DNA of 64,000 nucleotides from Chrysomallon squamiferum (lineage: Eukaryota; Animalia; Mollusca): positions 5,642,001-5,706,000 of the forward strand of contig CM022672.1 in NCBI GenBank assembly GCA_012295275.1, in the 5' to 3' direction. Below, one piece after another: positions 14,801 to 25,618 of this stretch. A program made the position numbers and the translations under genes. The notes under the pieces are model-generated. The model worked only from the letters and a program-made list of their open reading frames with translations. It made no database searches and was not told where the DNA came from. Every line of letters begins with the position of its first letter. Position 1 is the first letter of the stretch.

Positions 14801-17800
14801 TTTTACTTCAATTCACATCACTTCTTCATTATAGACTATTCAATCTATATATGTATATAAAACAATTATTGATATATTATCAGTGTGAGACACCATGGCA
14901 ACATGCAAACATGCTCCTTTATTATACATGTATGTGTGGTCATCACAGTAACAGAATTTTTAAAAGTGACTGATAGAGTAATTATTTAGCTGGCATCATT
15001 ACAATAAAATAAAAAATACATTTTAAAAAGCATAAAAATCTGAGTACAACCACTGCTAACCTGGGACTCTAGCAACATCTCCAATGTGGGCGACAGTGTC
15101 TTTACTGGAATCTGGTGCAACATCTCATAAATTATAGTCAAGCATTTGTGAACTGCTACTGCGTCGTCCTATAAACAACAACAACAACAATAATAATTGT
15201 ACTGGGAGTTATATTACTGGTAGAATGGTAGAAGTTACTAGAAGAACAGAAAAAGCCAACGGACATAATAAAACAATCGGTAAAAATTGGAATTTCTCCA
15301 GCATTTGTAAAACTAAAACTATTTTACTAATAAAAAGTTACTTTGTGTGTAAGAAAACAATTTATTTTACTTTTTCAGCTCTTATTTCCTCTGTCTGTGG
15401 CTCAGCCGATTCCAACAGCATCGCCTTCTCTGCGTTGAGCTCAGTGACCGTCTGCTTCAACTCTGCAGCTTGCTCGAACTCCTGATTTCTGACACATTCC
15501 TCCAGCTCCTCCCGTGCCTGGTTGACCTTCACTCGAATCTGCGCAATCTGCAGTGAAAAACAAACACTAATATTTTATTGAAATACACAATGCAGTTTTT
15601 GTGTGGGAGTGGTTTACTCATTTTATTTATCAATATTCCGGTTTATGCTCAAACCATCATCTTCAGTACTCACTCCCAACCTTCAGTTTTTGTAATTATG
15701 ATAACAGAAAATTTTCTTATTAAAACATGAACGTAATAAACAAATATTTTAAAGTGAAGATGGAAATTATGATTAAACAAATATTTATGGAGTATGTATA
15801 ACATAAATATAATTTTAGTATTAATAGTATGTGTTGCTAAATTATAACATATATAAAAAATAAATAAACGTAAATAAATAAAATTAAAAATTAATTGTAT
15901 CCAATAAAAAATCAGAAATTTTCTTGGGCTTCTTTTGCTTATTAACAGGAAGAGATTATGTGGCAAACATTAAAACATATACAAAGCAACTTATAATAAG
16001 TCAGACTTACTAAAAAAAACAAAATAATAATTCTTTTACACTGTTTTTAACAGTTTATAGAAAGCTCACATGACTAAGGAAACAAATACAAACTTTATTT
16101 TCTATCTGTCTAATCTCTTCCTGGCTACGATGTGTCTCCACAGTAGTGAATGGCTGAGTGATTTCTGAGATGGTCTCGGCGAGGTAGCCAATCAGCGACT
16201 CAGTGTTTGTCTTGATGTTGTGTAGCAGTGGAATGATGTGCTGCACAAGCCTAGGTGACACAAACTCTGACACTAGCATGTGATGTAGGAGCTTATCTTC
16301 TTCTTTTCTGAAAGTAAAATACAACACAGTGTCTTTTCACACAACTTAACAAAAATGATATTGTCCCCAAGAACAAAGAATGAGCTGTGTTTGAATCTTA
16401 ACCAGTGAGAGCACAGATTACCATCAATGTATTTTGTTTGTTTTTGTTACTAATTTCATTTTTGCAACTATTAATAATATACTGGGTTTACAGTAGCTGT
16501 GACATATTGAAAACAAATTCACTGGAGGGGTGATGGGAAGGAGGAACAATCCTCAAGACAAGCATATGTATCAAAGATTACTTCTAGTACCAAGTCTGTT
16601 CTCTAATACAATGGTACTTTGACTTATGAGTTTAATTCATTCTGTGACCGAGCTCATAACTCAAATTTGCTCATATATCATATCAAATTTCCCAAATGAA
16701 ATTAACTGAAATACCATTAATCCATTTTAAATAAGATAAATGAAGGTAAAGAAATAAATTGGTTTTGTAAAGTGGTTAGGGTTTCTCCCTATTTTCATGG
16801 ACAGAGGTCCACAGCTTAGAAATTATTTTAACAACCAAGGCTGGAGTTATAGCCTTGATCAACTCCTTCCGCTTCAGTATGGCACATATCATAAAACTAC
16901 TAGCCTAACCATGTTGACTACACACACACCTCGCTCATGTTTTTCTATGATTTCATGCTTTATTTCAATGGACATCATCCGCTACTTCTTCTCAGCACTT
17001 TTCTTTGCACTCACTTTCTTAGGATGCATGAACATTTGGCAAAATACTTCACAAATCACGAGCATAACATAACAGAGATGTTTTCACGGCGAGGTAACCA
17101 TGTGAAGCAAATGACTGAGTCACGGATGTTGGGTGGATGTTGTATTGTTCATTGTGCCATCTAGCTCATAACTCAAAGCATAAAATATCAAGATTAACAA
17201 GATCTTTCTATTGCAGTCTTTATCACAGTTGTATTCTGCATTCTGCTTGGCTCAGTTTACAAGATACTGATAGAAACCAGAGACATATGTACTGAATTCC
17301 TAGAAAAGATTTAACATCACAAAGTGGACATATCATCTTGTCTATAATTTTGGCTGTATGTTCACATGCAAATTAAGGGTCTATTTGTTCTAAGAGGGTT
17401 AATATGCTTTACCTGCTGGCCTCATCCGTCATATCAAAACATTTCATAAGAATCAAGAGCTCCTGGGCAATGAACTCTAGTTCCATCCGAGTCATCAGAT
17501 CATCATAGTTGGAGGAAAGCTTTTTTAGAAACCTGAAGAAAAAATGCCAAAGTAACTACTTAAATACCAAAAAATAAAATAAAATAATAATAACACAAAT
17601 AATTTTCATTCAGATACAAAGGCTCAAAATGTATAGACCATAAATTTTCTAAATCTGCTGCAATATATATACACAGGTGTGTGTGTGTGTCTTTTTGTAG
17701 TTATTTCTTACATTTTTCACTTGTTAAGAACAGAGTACTTTTAAAACCAGAATGTATGGAGAATCTAAAAACTTATTAAATGATTATTTGTACAATTTCC

Positions 17801-20800
17801 TTATTTATAAAAAACTGCTGTATGATGCCTACGTGTACATGTAGTGACAGAATGTGACACAGTTTGGTAGAATCTGGTCGAGGTATTCTTCAAACTCGAC
17901 TCCGCGACTCTGCAAGTTTTCACACAGTGCTCTCCAGTACATCGCTGTCTCACACGTCAGCTTGTCTTCAGGTATCAGCTTGCTGTAGATAAAACATAAA
18001 ATAATGTGTAATTCTTAATTTCACTAATTTTTAGGAAACAAAACTAGTAATAATAATAATAATAATAATAATATTGATATTGATAATGATAATGATGATA
18101 ATGAGGATGATGAGGATGAGGATATTAAAAATAATAAAAGATTTAAAACGGTAACAATTGAAAAAAAGAAAAAGAAAAAAGATTTAATAATAATAATAAC
18201 AAAAACGTAATTCTTACTCATCATTGAGAAGGTCAAAACTGCTGATGAGGTCAGCTGCAGTAAAGGTCTCAAAGAGCGTGTCCAACACCTGTTGACAAGT
18301 CTCAGTTGAGGACTCCACATCCAGATTCTTGAGAAGTTCAAGGACATTTCCCTCCACTGAAGTAAGCCACTTCTGTAACAGTTTGCTCTGACATGATTTC
18401 TTCACAGATGCTGCAAACATAAAGAATAAACTGAGATATTTAACCTCAGCCAGCTGAACACAGATCCATAAATATTTCCCTGTGATTCTTTTATGAAAAA
18501 AATAATAAAGAGGAACAAGAGGAGATATAATCATTTTGCTTTGTTTTTCTTGTAAATTTCACAAAGAAATACTCATAGCCTAAGTAAGTTGTAAAATCCA
18601 TCAGTCCACTGTTTTTTTTTTTTTTTTTCTACATTTCTAAATAAGGTAATGTCATAAAAGAAGGCAAAATGGCAGCATGTCCTGTATCTTCACAAACTTC
18701 TTCTACTGCAGTTACACTTTATTATTAGAAAAATCTGGAGTTATCAAACAAAACAAATGAATCTCTCATAACTCTATAAAAAGTATTTACACTTTTTATT
18801 CACGCAAGTACTTCAGTTCTAGATTTATGAAAAAAGAAGAAAGGAAAACTTTACGTGCTCTGTCGTTAAGACCGTCTCGAAGCAGTTGAATTCTTTGAGC
18901 TATGGACAAAGCTTTGATGCTAACTTTCTCTCCTAACACTACGTATGCTAGCTGTCTGACTTTGTCACTGCTGTCATGTGTCCTGCCTATCAAGGCGGGC
19001 AGACTTTTGATTGATGGTACAAGGCTCATTACGACAGCTCGCCTGACGTCTGAGTTGGGATCTCGGCTAATGAGAAACATATATGCTGAAAACAAATATA
19101 TCGCAACAGTGTTAAAGATCAAGAGAAACGGAAATGCTATCTTTGAAAGTAATCTTTAAGAGAATATTATCATCACAATCTCCAATGGAAAAAAAAACTG
19201 AAACACAGAATATGTATCAAATCATTTATCTGAGGAGCTTGGAACCAAAGGTGACCCACATTTCTGGATCAGTGCTTAATTTATATACTGAAAAGAAAAG
19301 AATGAAGCTGTATTTAGCTGTTAAAACAGGTTTCCTTGTGATTTATTGAAACTTGGTTGGCATAATTTTTTTCCCCATGTATTAGTGCTGGGGTATGTGT
19401 TCATTTCATAGAATTATTTTATATTTTGCATTGATGTGTTGACAATTTAAATTATATTTTTTAAATAACACAATACATACTTTGAAATCTTCAACAACCA
19501 CATTCAAAGAGAGCATTAACTTTTTCCACTTAAATATATTTGGTTAATCCATAATTTTTTTTAAATATTTAATTACAGTCATTACCTCTAATAACAGGAC
19601 AGTTTTCATCAGTGGGGTCTTGTAGTCTAGAAAGCGCAAACACAGCCTGTGTCTTAACAGCAGGGACACGATCACGCAGTCGCTCAAGCATGCACTCATG
19701 TATGCGGTCATAGAGGTGATTGTCAATCTCAGCATCATCACCGAGGTTGCTCAGCAGCTTGTTGATAAGATAACAACAGCGAAATCTGACAGCTTTGCCA
19801 CTGACGTCATGATTCTGAAAATCAAAGAAATGGCTTCTTATCTCAATCTCCGGTTATTTGTTATCTATTTAATAAAAAAGTAAAAAAAAAAAAAAAAAAT
19901 CACAACTTAATTAGATACAATAATGTCTATTCAGAACAAACTGCATATCAATTCTAATTGATTCAGCTAAGCATATAACCACTATACTGACCATCAAAAT
20001 ATACCGATTTAACAGCAATCATTATTATAGTCATATAGAAAATAATGTTATCAGCACAAGTGATACATAATAATTAAATTATTACTTCAAGTAAGAAATT
20101 GAATAGTGCCTTTAGCACCGAATGTTCTCCGGGAGATGCTGCTGGTGTTGGCGGAGACGATGTCACAAATCTGACAACAAAATCCAATGTCCTTTCTACA
20201 GCCGGCTCAGCGTTTAAAACAATCATGGAATATTTCAAATGATGTTCAAATGATTTCCAGAACTCAGGAAACGGCATCTGAAATTAAGTTAGAATTTAAT
20301 AGTAAAATATGCAGAGATATTTCTCAGGTTTATTAACTTTCAACACTAGCAGCTTTATTTCTTTGTTGTATAAAATCTGTTCAACATCTAAAATCATATC
20401 ACTGATAAATATGTATAGATTCACATACACACACACACAAAATAGATTTGGTGTATTTTTTAACCTTCTAAAACTATTATTTCATTTTAGCAAAGTAATC
20501 TTTATAAAACTATAAAATACATTTTTCATTACTTATAAAATTATATATAAACAGAACACATTAAATAATAAAATTATCTGAAGGACACAGAGTAAATTAA
20601 TCAAGACTACAACTTACATTGTTACAAGTTTTTTTTGATCTTGAAACAAAGATTTTTCATCTTATATATATATATATATATAAATTAATAATTATAATAT
20701 GAAATATCAGTATTAGATCAAATGAAAGTCTTTTCATTGAAATATTCTTATATTATAATCATTTATAATTTTACTTTGACAATACTGCAAGCTTCATTTA

Positions 20801-20951
20801 ACATTTATCAAATAAATAAGATAGTCTAACAGAAACCACTTTTATTACGTACCGTGCTATGAAGTTTCCAAAGAGCTGTATGCAGTCGGCTCTGACAACG
20901 AATACCAGTCTGACATTTTTCAAACACTTCTCTAATTATTTTTTCTGACAT
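10266..20951 (-). CDS. NCAPG: Condensin complex subunit 3 (CAP-G), HEAT-repeat subunit of condensin I; 18 coding exons, 2868 nt, 955 aa
   Basis: Hand-spliced exons: 20951-20853, 20277-20086, 19814-19586, 19085-18855, 18410-18218, 17982-17833, 17532-17413, 16307-16094, 15547-15371, 15168-15061, 14707-14588, 14344-14108, 13815-13634, 13164-12996, 12163-11996, 11527-11461, 11249-11201, 10428-10266. All introns are GT-AG with matching phases and there are no internal stops. Diagnostic CAP-G motifs: AVRFRCCYLINKLL, RLRDRVPAVKTQAVFALSRLQDP, DPNSDVRRAV, AAEGMAKLFLSGR, LLILWYNP..LRQCLGTFFP. Confidence 0.95.
11201..11249 (-). CDS. NCAPG: NCAPG coding exon 17 (small, AKSAKTKPTEKTNIDD)
   Basis: ttccag acceptor, GTAGTT donor, 49 nt; bridges phase 1 to phase 2. 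Confidence 0.65.
11461..11527 (-). CDS. NCAPG: NCAPG coding exon 16 (VVKVKRSHKAVEKFHNTVINLL)
   Basis: tttcgtag acceptor, GTGAGA donor, 67 nt. Confidence 0.8.
11996..12163 (-). CDS. NCAPG: NCAPG coding exon 15 (NNPGHDSIAVKVCNEIL...)
   Basis: 168 nt; HD..A.K.CNEIL motif; GTAAGT donor. Confidence 0.92.
12996..13164 (-). CDS. NCAPG: NCAPG coding exon 14 (SNQELFEETF...APTPSPLLEI...)
   Basis: 169 nt; AP..SPL.EI motif. Confidence 0.93.
13634..13815 (-). CDS. NCAPG: NCAPG coding exon 13 (SSELCATAAEGMAKL...LWYNP...FAFASR)
   Basis: 182 nt; Cnd3-domain core motif. Confidence 0.95.
14108..14344 (-). CDS. NCAPG: NCAPG coding exon 12 (VSQVDREDVRVSAVRVMFD...FLDSD)
   Basis: 237 nt, phase 0-0. Confidence 0.92.
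14588..14707 (-). CDS. NCAPG: NCAPG coding exon 11 (IVPGLQNKLADIRNVAIGALGLCCLL...)
   Basis: 120 nt, phase 0-0. Confidence 0.92.
15061..15168 (-). CDS. NCAPG: NCAPG coding exon 10 (DDAVAVHKCLTIIYEML...)
   Basis: 108 nt, phase 0-0; KCL.I..E.L motif. Confidence 0.9.
15371..15547 (-). CDS. NCAPG: NCAPG coding exon 9 (IAQIRVKVNQAREELEECVRNQEFEQAAELK...), coiled coil
   Basis: 177 nt, phase 0-0. Confidence 0.92.
16094..16307 (-). CDS. NCAPG: NCAPG coding exon 8 (KEEDKLLHHML...LAETISEITQP...)
   Basis: 214 nt; AE.ISEI..P motif. Confidence 0.9.
16607..17195 (-). mobile_element. Fossil pogo/Tigger-type (Tc1/mariner superfamily) DNA transposon, internally deleted, in NCAPG intron 7
   Basis: TA followed by a decayed TIR (CAATGGTACTTTGACTTATGAG, ancestral-like CAGTGGTACCTCGACTTACGAG) at 16607; subterminal gctcataactcaaa motif at about 16652 and 17164; transposase remnant inside; second TIR missing. 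Confidence 0.85.
16783..17029 (-). pseudogene. Tigger/TIGD1-like transposase N-terminus (CENP-B-type HTH) pseudogene
   Basis: MHPKKVSAKKSAEKK*RMMSIEIKHEIIEKHERGVCVV / frameshift / ICAILKRKELIKAITPALVVKIISKLWTSVHENREK; one stop and one frameshift. Confidence 0.85.
17413..17532 (-). CDS. NCAPG: NCAPG coding exon 7 (FLKKLSS...EFIAQELL...DMTDEASR)
   Basis: 120 nt, phase 2-2; EFI..QL / D..DE.GR-type motif. Confidence 0.9.
17833..17982 (-). CDS. NCAPG: NCAPG coding exon 6 (KLIPEDKLTCETAMYWRALCE...)
   Basis: 150 nt, phase 2-2; LT.E.A.YW.ALC motif. Confidence 0.92.
18218..18410 (-). CDS. NCAPG: NCAPG coding exon 5 (SVKKSCQSKLLQKWL...LDVES...)
   Basis: tgcag acceptor, GTAAGA donor, 193 nt. Confidence 0.92.
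18855..19085 (-). CDS. NCAPG: NCAPG coding exon 4 (AYMFLISRDPNSDVRRAV...LRDGLNDRA)
   Basis: Phase 1-1 exon, 231 nt, conserved DP..DVRRAV. Confidence 0.95.
19586..19814 (-). CDS. NCAPG: NCAPG coding exon 3 (NHDVSGKAVRFRCC...LSRLQDPTDENCPVIR)
   Basis: Strongly conserved HEAT segment; AG/GT flanks; 229 nt. Confidence 0.95.
20086..20277 (-). CDS. NCAPG: NCAPG coding exon 2 (MPFPEFWKSF...EPAVERTLDFVVRF...FNFLLE)
   Basis: tttcag acceptor, GTAATA donor, 192 nt; EPAVER motif. Confidence 0.92.
20853..20951 (-). CDS. NCAPG: NCAPG coding exon 1 (MSEKIIREVFEKCQTGIRCQSRLHTALWKLHST)
   Basis: ATG at 20951; acceptor tttag about 13 nt upstream (so a 5'UTR exon exists); donor GTACGT, phase 0. Confidence 0.85.
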
Positions 20952-21351
20952 ATTGTTGATTTTCCTAAACCAATTAGGGGACAAAAATAAATTAAGTTGA
21001 AGACTAACAGTAATTTGAGCAAAACTAACAGTTACTCAGTAACACTAACACCGTGTAACAGGACTGTCTGCGTCAGTGCTGTCAGTGTCACTGTCGAGGT
21101 CATACATTGATACAACTTGTAAATAATCTTAATAATTTAATTATAACATAAATAAAATTTAACACTGGTAAATTTTTTTAATGAGATATGAATTAAAATA
21201 AATTACAAAGCTGTATCATTTGAATGCTATTGAGTATTGTAATTGTAAATCACAAAATCATCTTAAAGTTAAACATTAAATTTTTGGAATTTAAATTATT
21301 TTTTGGCTCCGTGGGTCGAATCCAAAGGCTTTTACCGTCGGATGCTTTTTC

Positions 21352-21702
21352 GACATTTATTAACATTAGTCTTATAGTATGATATATATACATACACATT
21401 ACCTTTTACATTTATTTTTCATATCATTTTCAAACTGAAATTGTACTCGAACATAAATTTAAAAATTCCGCCTTTTTACCCAACACTTCCGGGAATAACT
21501 TCCGTTTGTTTTATGTAAATTCCTTTCACGCATTCATTGTTGTTGTTTTTCTTTTGTTTGTTTTTTTCACGTTGTAAAGACAGCGGAAAGGGTCTTTATT
21601 TTTCTTTTCCTCCTCCTTTTTTTGTTTTTCGGGTGGTAAACAATAACCGACAAACATTTTGACTGAGATTTAGGCTATGGATCACTAGACGTTCATTTTT
21701 CA
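21352..21702 (-). promoter_or_regulatory. NCAPG promoter and non-coding first exon
   Basis: Donor AAAAG|GTAATG at 21403/21402; two ETS-type ACTTCCG motifs (about 21485-21504); CpG-rich relative to the gene body; coding exon 1 has a 5' acceptor that needs an upstream exon. Confidence 0.6.
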
Positions 21703-23158
21703 ACAGGAACGATAACTCGTAACGGAACAAATTACGTCACGGATAAAAAGCCTCGAGAAATTTCGCCGATTTAAACATTAATGGATACAAACAACACCTA
21801 AATGTTCTTTTCTGCTGGGTTCTGACAGAGGAAACATTGACAATTACAAAAATTAATACATTAATCGTTTACCGAATTATAATTTCAGTTTATTATGCAT
21901 TCGCACAAAAATAATCCAGTTTTTGAAAAAGTAGTTACGAAAAGCGGGCGACCTCATTGTTTGGTAGTATGAATAACCATCCTTATCTTTAGCAGTTTAA
22001 ATCATTAAAAACTTGCTTTCGAAATCCAAGATGGTAGCGTAGAACACCGATCAGTGTTTACAAACTTTTAAATACGTACACCTTCGTAATGCAATCAATA
22101 CTGCATGGATTATTGAAAATAATTTGGGGAAATATCTCATTTAATCAATGCCTCGTATACATAGATGTCTGTAATTGGATAGAAATTGCTGCAAAGTTCG
22201 AAACCTTTTCTTTGGGGGGGGGGGTAGCTTTGACATCATGCCATCTCGTACACGTTTCGTACTCTATATTTTTTTCAGGTATTATGACGATTTCGAAAAA
22301 AAAAAAAAAGAAATATAATAATAATAAATTTCACAGATACTGGCGCGTGAATATGAACATGACTATTCTCATTAGGTACCATAATGTGGACACGTTAATC
22401 TGTACGTAATTGTAAAACGATACTGGAAACCATTATAATTCTTTTTCTTATATTTATTTCCATTTTCAATGCATTTTATTTGAATGATTGCCTTGCTATA
22501 TTCATTATTTTAACTCTTTTTCATTGAAACAAAAAAGCATTCAACTTCTAAAACATGTACTATTATGTATGCAAACAATGTGTTTTCTATTTTTATTTTT
22601 TAAACCATCATTGGTTAATGCTACTGTTGAGTTTAAGATTTTTTTCTCTAGGCAGTCTATAAAAAATTACTGTCTGGTTAATTATGAAGCCAAATCATGT
22701 TATTATCCTGAAATCATCATTTATCTATACAAGTATTATATGAATTTCGTTTCTTTAATAAAATATAAAAACACCACGCAGACAACAAATTTCTTGTAGT
22801 GTTTAACTTTACGTAACGAATTTATTATTGTAATTGTAATTATCTATCGTAATAATTAAATAACAAACAGCAAACGGCATTTAGAAAAACAGATTACCTA
22901 CACCTTAAATTAATATTAATAAGAAGGAAACCAATTTACTAAAAATGAATAGACTCGGTGTAAATCGAAACAAATTCCACCACAACTTAACACTTCATCA
23001 ACACCCTCTTTCGTCTGCTGTCAGTTGCCGTCTGCTATCTGCTTTCGCGTTTTTTAATGGACCAATCAAAATGCTTTATGACTGATTAAGCCGTGTGTAG
23101 ACCGCGGCCCTGTATTTAGTCATAAACTTTCATCTTTAGCAGATTTGTGCAAACATTT

Positions 23159-23208
<50 letters not shown>

Positions 23209-24224
23209 ATCTGAAATCCTAAATGATTTCAAAATCCTCCCCACAATGAAATGCAGTAGATATGAAATTTGCTATTATATATATATATACATATATATAA
23301 ACAAAAAAGCTTACATAAAACATCATAACTTTACAGTAATTCTCTACAAAACGTCTTTCATTCATTCGTTCATTCAATCACTCATTTCTTTACTTATTTA
23401 TTTATTGTAATTATTATAATTATTATCATCTTCACCATTGTGTATTATTCAGATAATTATCAAAACAACTCAGTACTTTGTTTTAGATGTACACTAATTA
23501 TAACTATCTGAAACATAAACTAGTTTTAATACCTTATCATTCAGATCAGCTATAGAGATTGTTCATTTCGAGTCATTCGCCATTTTATATTGTAAATAGT
23601 TAACTATACATATTTTGTCAAATTTGCAGATTTAAAATTAAAAACTTGAATTGTCAATGACGGCATGCTAATTTTTTATTTCAATATTATGTTTTGGTAA
23701 TTTGCGCATATAAGTATTTTTTTTAAATTATTATTTATTGACAAATTACTCATGGATCAAATCTGCGAGTGACCTCTCCTGTACTTTAGAATTACATTTG
23801 TGTTGGTGGGTTAAGACTCATTACATCTTAAGCTTATCGATATTAACGAGATGTATCACATTTAAGCATAATTTTGAAGAAAGAAAAAAAGAAGTAAAAA
23901 CGTAATATTGATAATAATCTACTGACCTCTTTCCACATATTTGTGTATCGCCCTTTATAAAGCTAGTTCTACCTTATAGTGAGTCAAATTCATCATTTCC
24001 AGATTAAAAACAGCAAACTGCTAGTCAAAATATTTTAAATCACGTTAAATCAAAGTTTATTTCGTGGTACGGTTTACTGACTGCTATTTTATTCCGGTGA
24101 GCATAGCTAGAGATAACATCTCATCAACACACACGATATTCTTATTCCACATATAACATGTATTGGCGGCTACAAGCATTTGATTATATATATATAATGA
24201 ACTGTCTTATTTCGATATGGTGTG

Positions 24225-24612
24225 TTAGCGAGATAAATTTCTCAATGATTTATGCTGGGTAACCGAGTCTCTTAATTTCACCAACAAAAATCTTAACACC
24301 GAGATTACATCAGTCATAACGTGAGGGCCGAAGACAAGGGCAAGTGTGCATACACCGACGTAGCCAATAGACTGAGCTGAGATCCTGTCGTCTTTGACAC
24401 TGATCTTCTTTCTTTTCTGCTGTGAAAGACTGGTCGGGTTGAGTGTAAGCTTCTTAACATTTTGTTGCATCTCCGTCATCGCGGCATCATTCATAGGTCG
24501 TCTGCAACGACAAGAGAACCCAGTATTTCCACGATCAACTTGGGAACTGTACTCATTGATAGCAACGTGATGATCAGTCAAGAGGTCTTGCTCTACGCGA
24601 GCGTCGTTTGAG
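24225..24612 (-). pseudogene. Orphan C-terminal fragment of a single-pass membrane protein (C-x-C ... KLTLNPTSLSQQKRKKISVKDDRISAQSIGYVGV + TM helix); first in-frame ATG at 24494 would give 89 aa
   Basis: Uninterrupted frame to TAA at 24227-24225; I recognise the LS...RK.IS..D.R.SA..IG.VG + hydrophobic helix motif from uncharacterised molluscan membrane proteins; no upstream exons visible; AATAAA at 24093-24088. Confidence 0.6.
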
Positions 24613-24931
24613 ACATCATTTATAATATATTTAGGACTATATACTTTACCTTTTCAATTTATTTTTCATATAAAATTCAAAGCTGAAATTGTACTTGAAT
24701 ATAAATTTAAAATTCTGTCTTTATATTCAACACTTCTCGTGAGAACTTCCGTTTTTTTAATGTACATTCCTTTAGCGTATTTAGTTGGTTTTTTTGGTTT
24801 GTTTTTTTGTTGAAGTTTTTATTTTTATTTTATTTTTTTATACGTTGTAAAGACAGTGGAATTTGTTTGATTGCGGAATGGGTCTTAATCTTTGTTTTTG
24901 TTTTTTTAGTCAGTAACACGTTCATTTTTCA
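24613..24931 (-). repeat. Diverged direct duplicate of the NCAPG promoter/5'UTR exon (21352-21702)
   Basis: Colinear blocks: ttaccttt..atttatttttcatat, ctgaaattgtact(c/t)gaa.ataaatttaaaa, caacacttc..aacttccgttt, acgttgtaaagacag, gggtctt, acgttcatttttca. Confidence 0.9.
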
Positions 24932-24968
24932 TTTTAAATATTTTAAATATATTTGAAATATATTTTCA

Positions 24969-25010
<42 letters not shown>

Positions 25011-25079
25011 GTTATTGTTTAAACTTTTTTTTTAGGCAGTGGATCAGTTTAACAAAAAATATTAACAGATGCATGAAAA

Positions 25080-25587
25080 ACATTTAAATTTCAAAATTAT
25101 AATTTTATTGACGTCAGATATATATCATAATCTAACATGATATATTTTCAGCTGCATAAAAACAAACAAAAACTATAAAACTGGAATAAGAATGACTACA
25201 ATGAACTGCATTTTAGTCAATTATGCCATCTTATGTAAAATGAGGAAAAAATGAAGAGTAAATGTTTATATTTTTGCATAGACAAATATAATGTTATTTA
25301 TTAAAGAGTTACACTGATTCATTTAAAATTTTCTAAATAACAACTAAATAAAAATAGAAATAATTTAAATAAATAATAATATAAATAGTAACTATATAAA
25401 GAACAAAAATTGTAAGAGAATTAATACAGTACATATGTAAAAAAAAACAAAAAGATAAATGAAACATCTGAATTTTTCAACGCAAAAAAAAAAAAAAAAA
25501 AAGAGAAGAAACATTATTTACAAAAATAACAAATACTTTGTAAAAAATTAATTTAGTATTTTATCAAGAGATTATATATTTCTTTTA

Positions 25588-25618
<31 letters not shown>

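Noticed and set aside
21305-21330. tRNA B-box-like GGTCGAATCC
   Set aside because: No cloverleaf or A-box can be built around it
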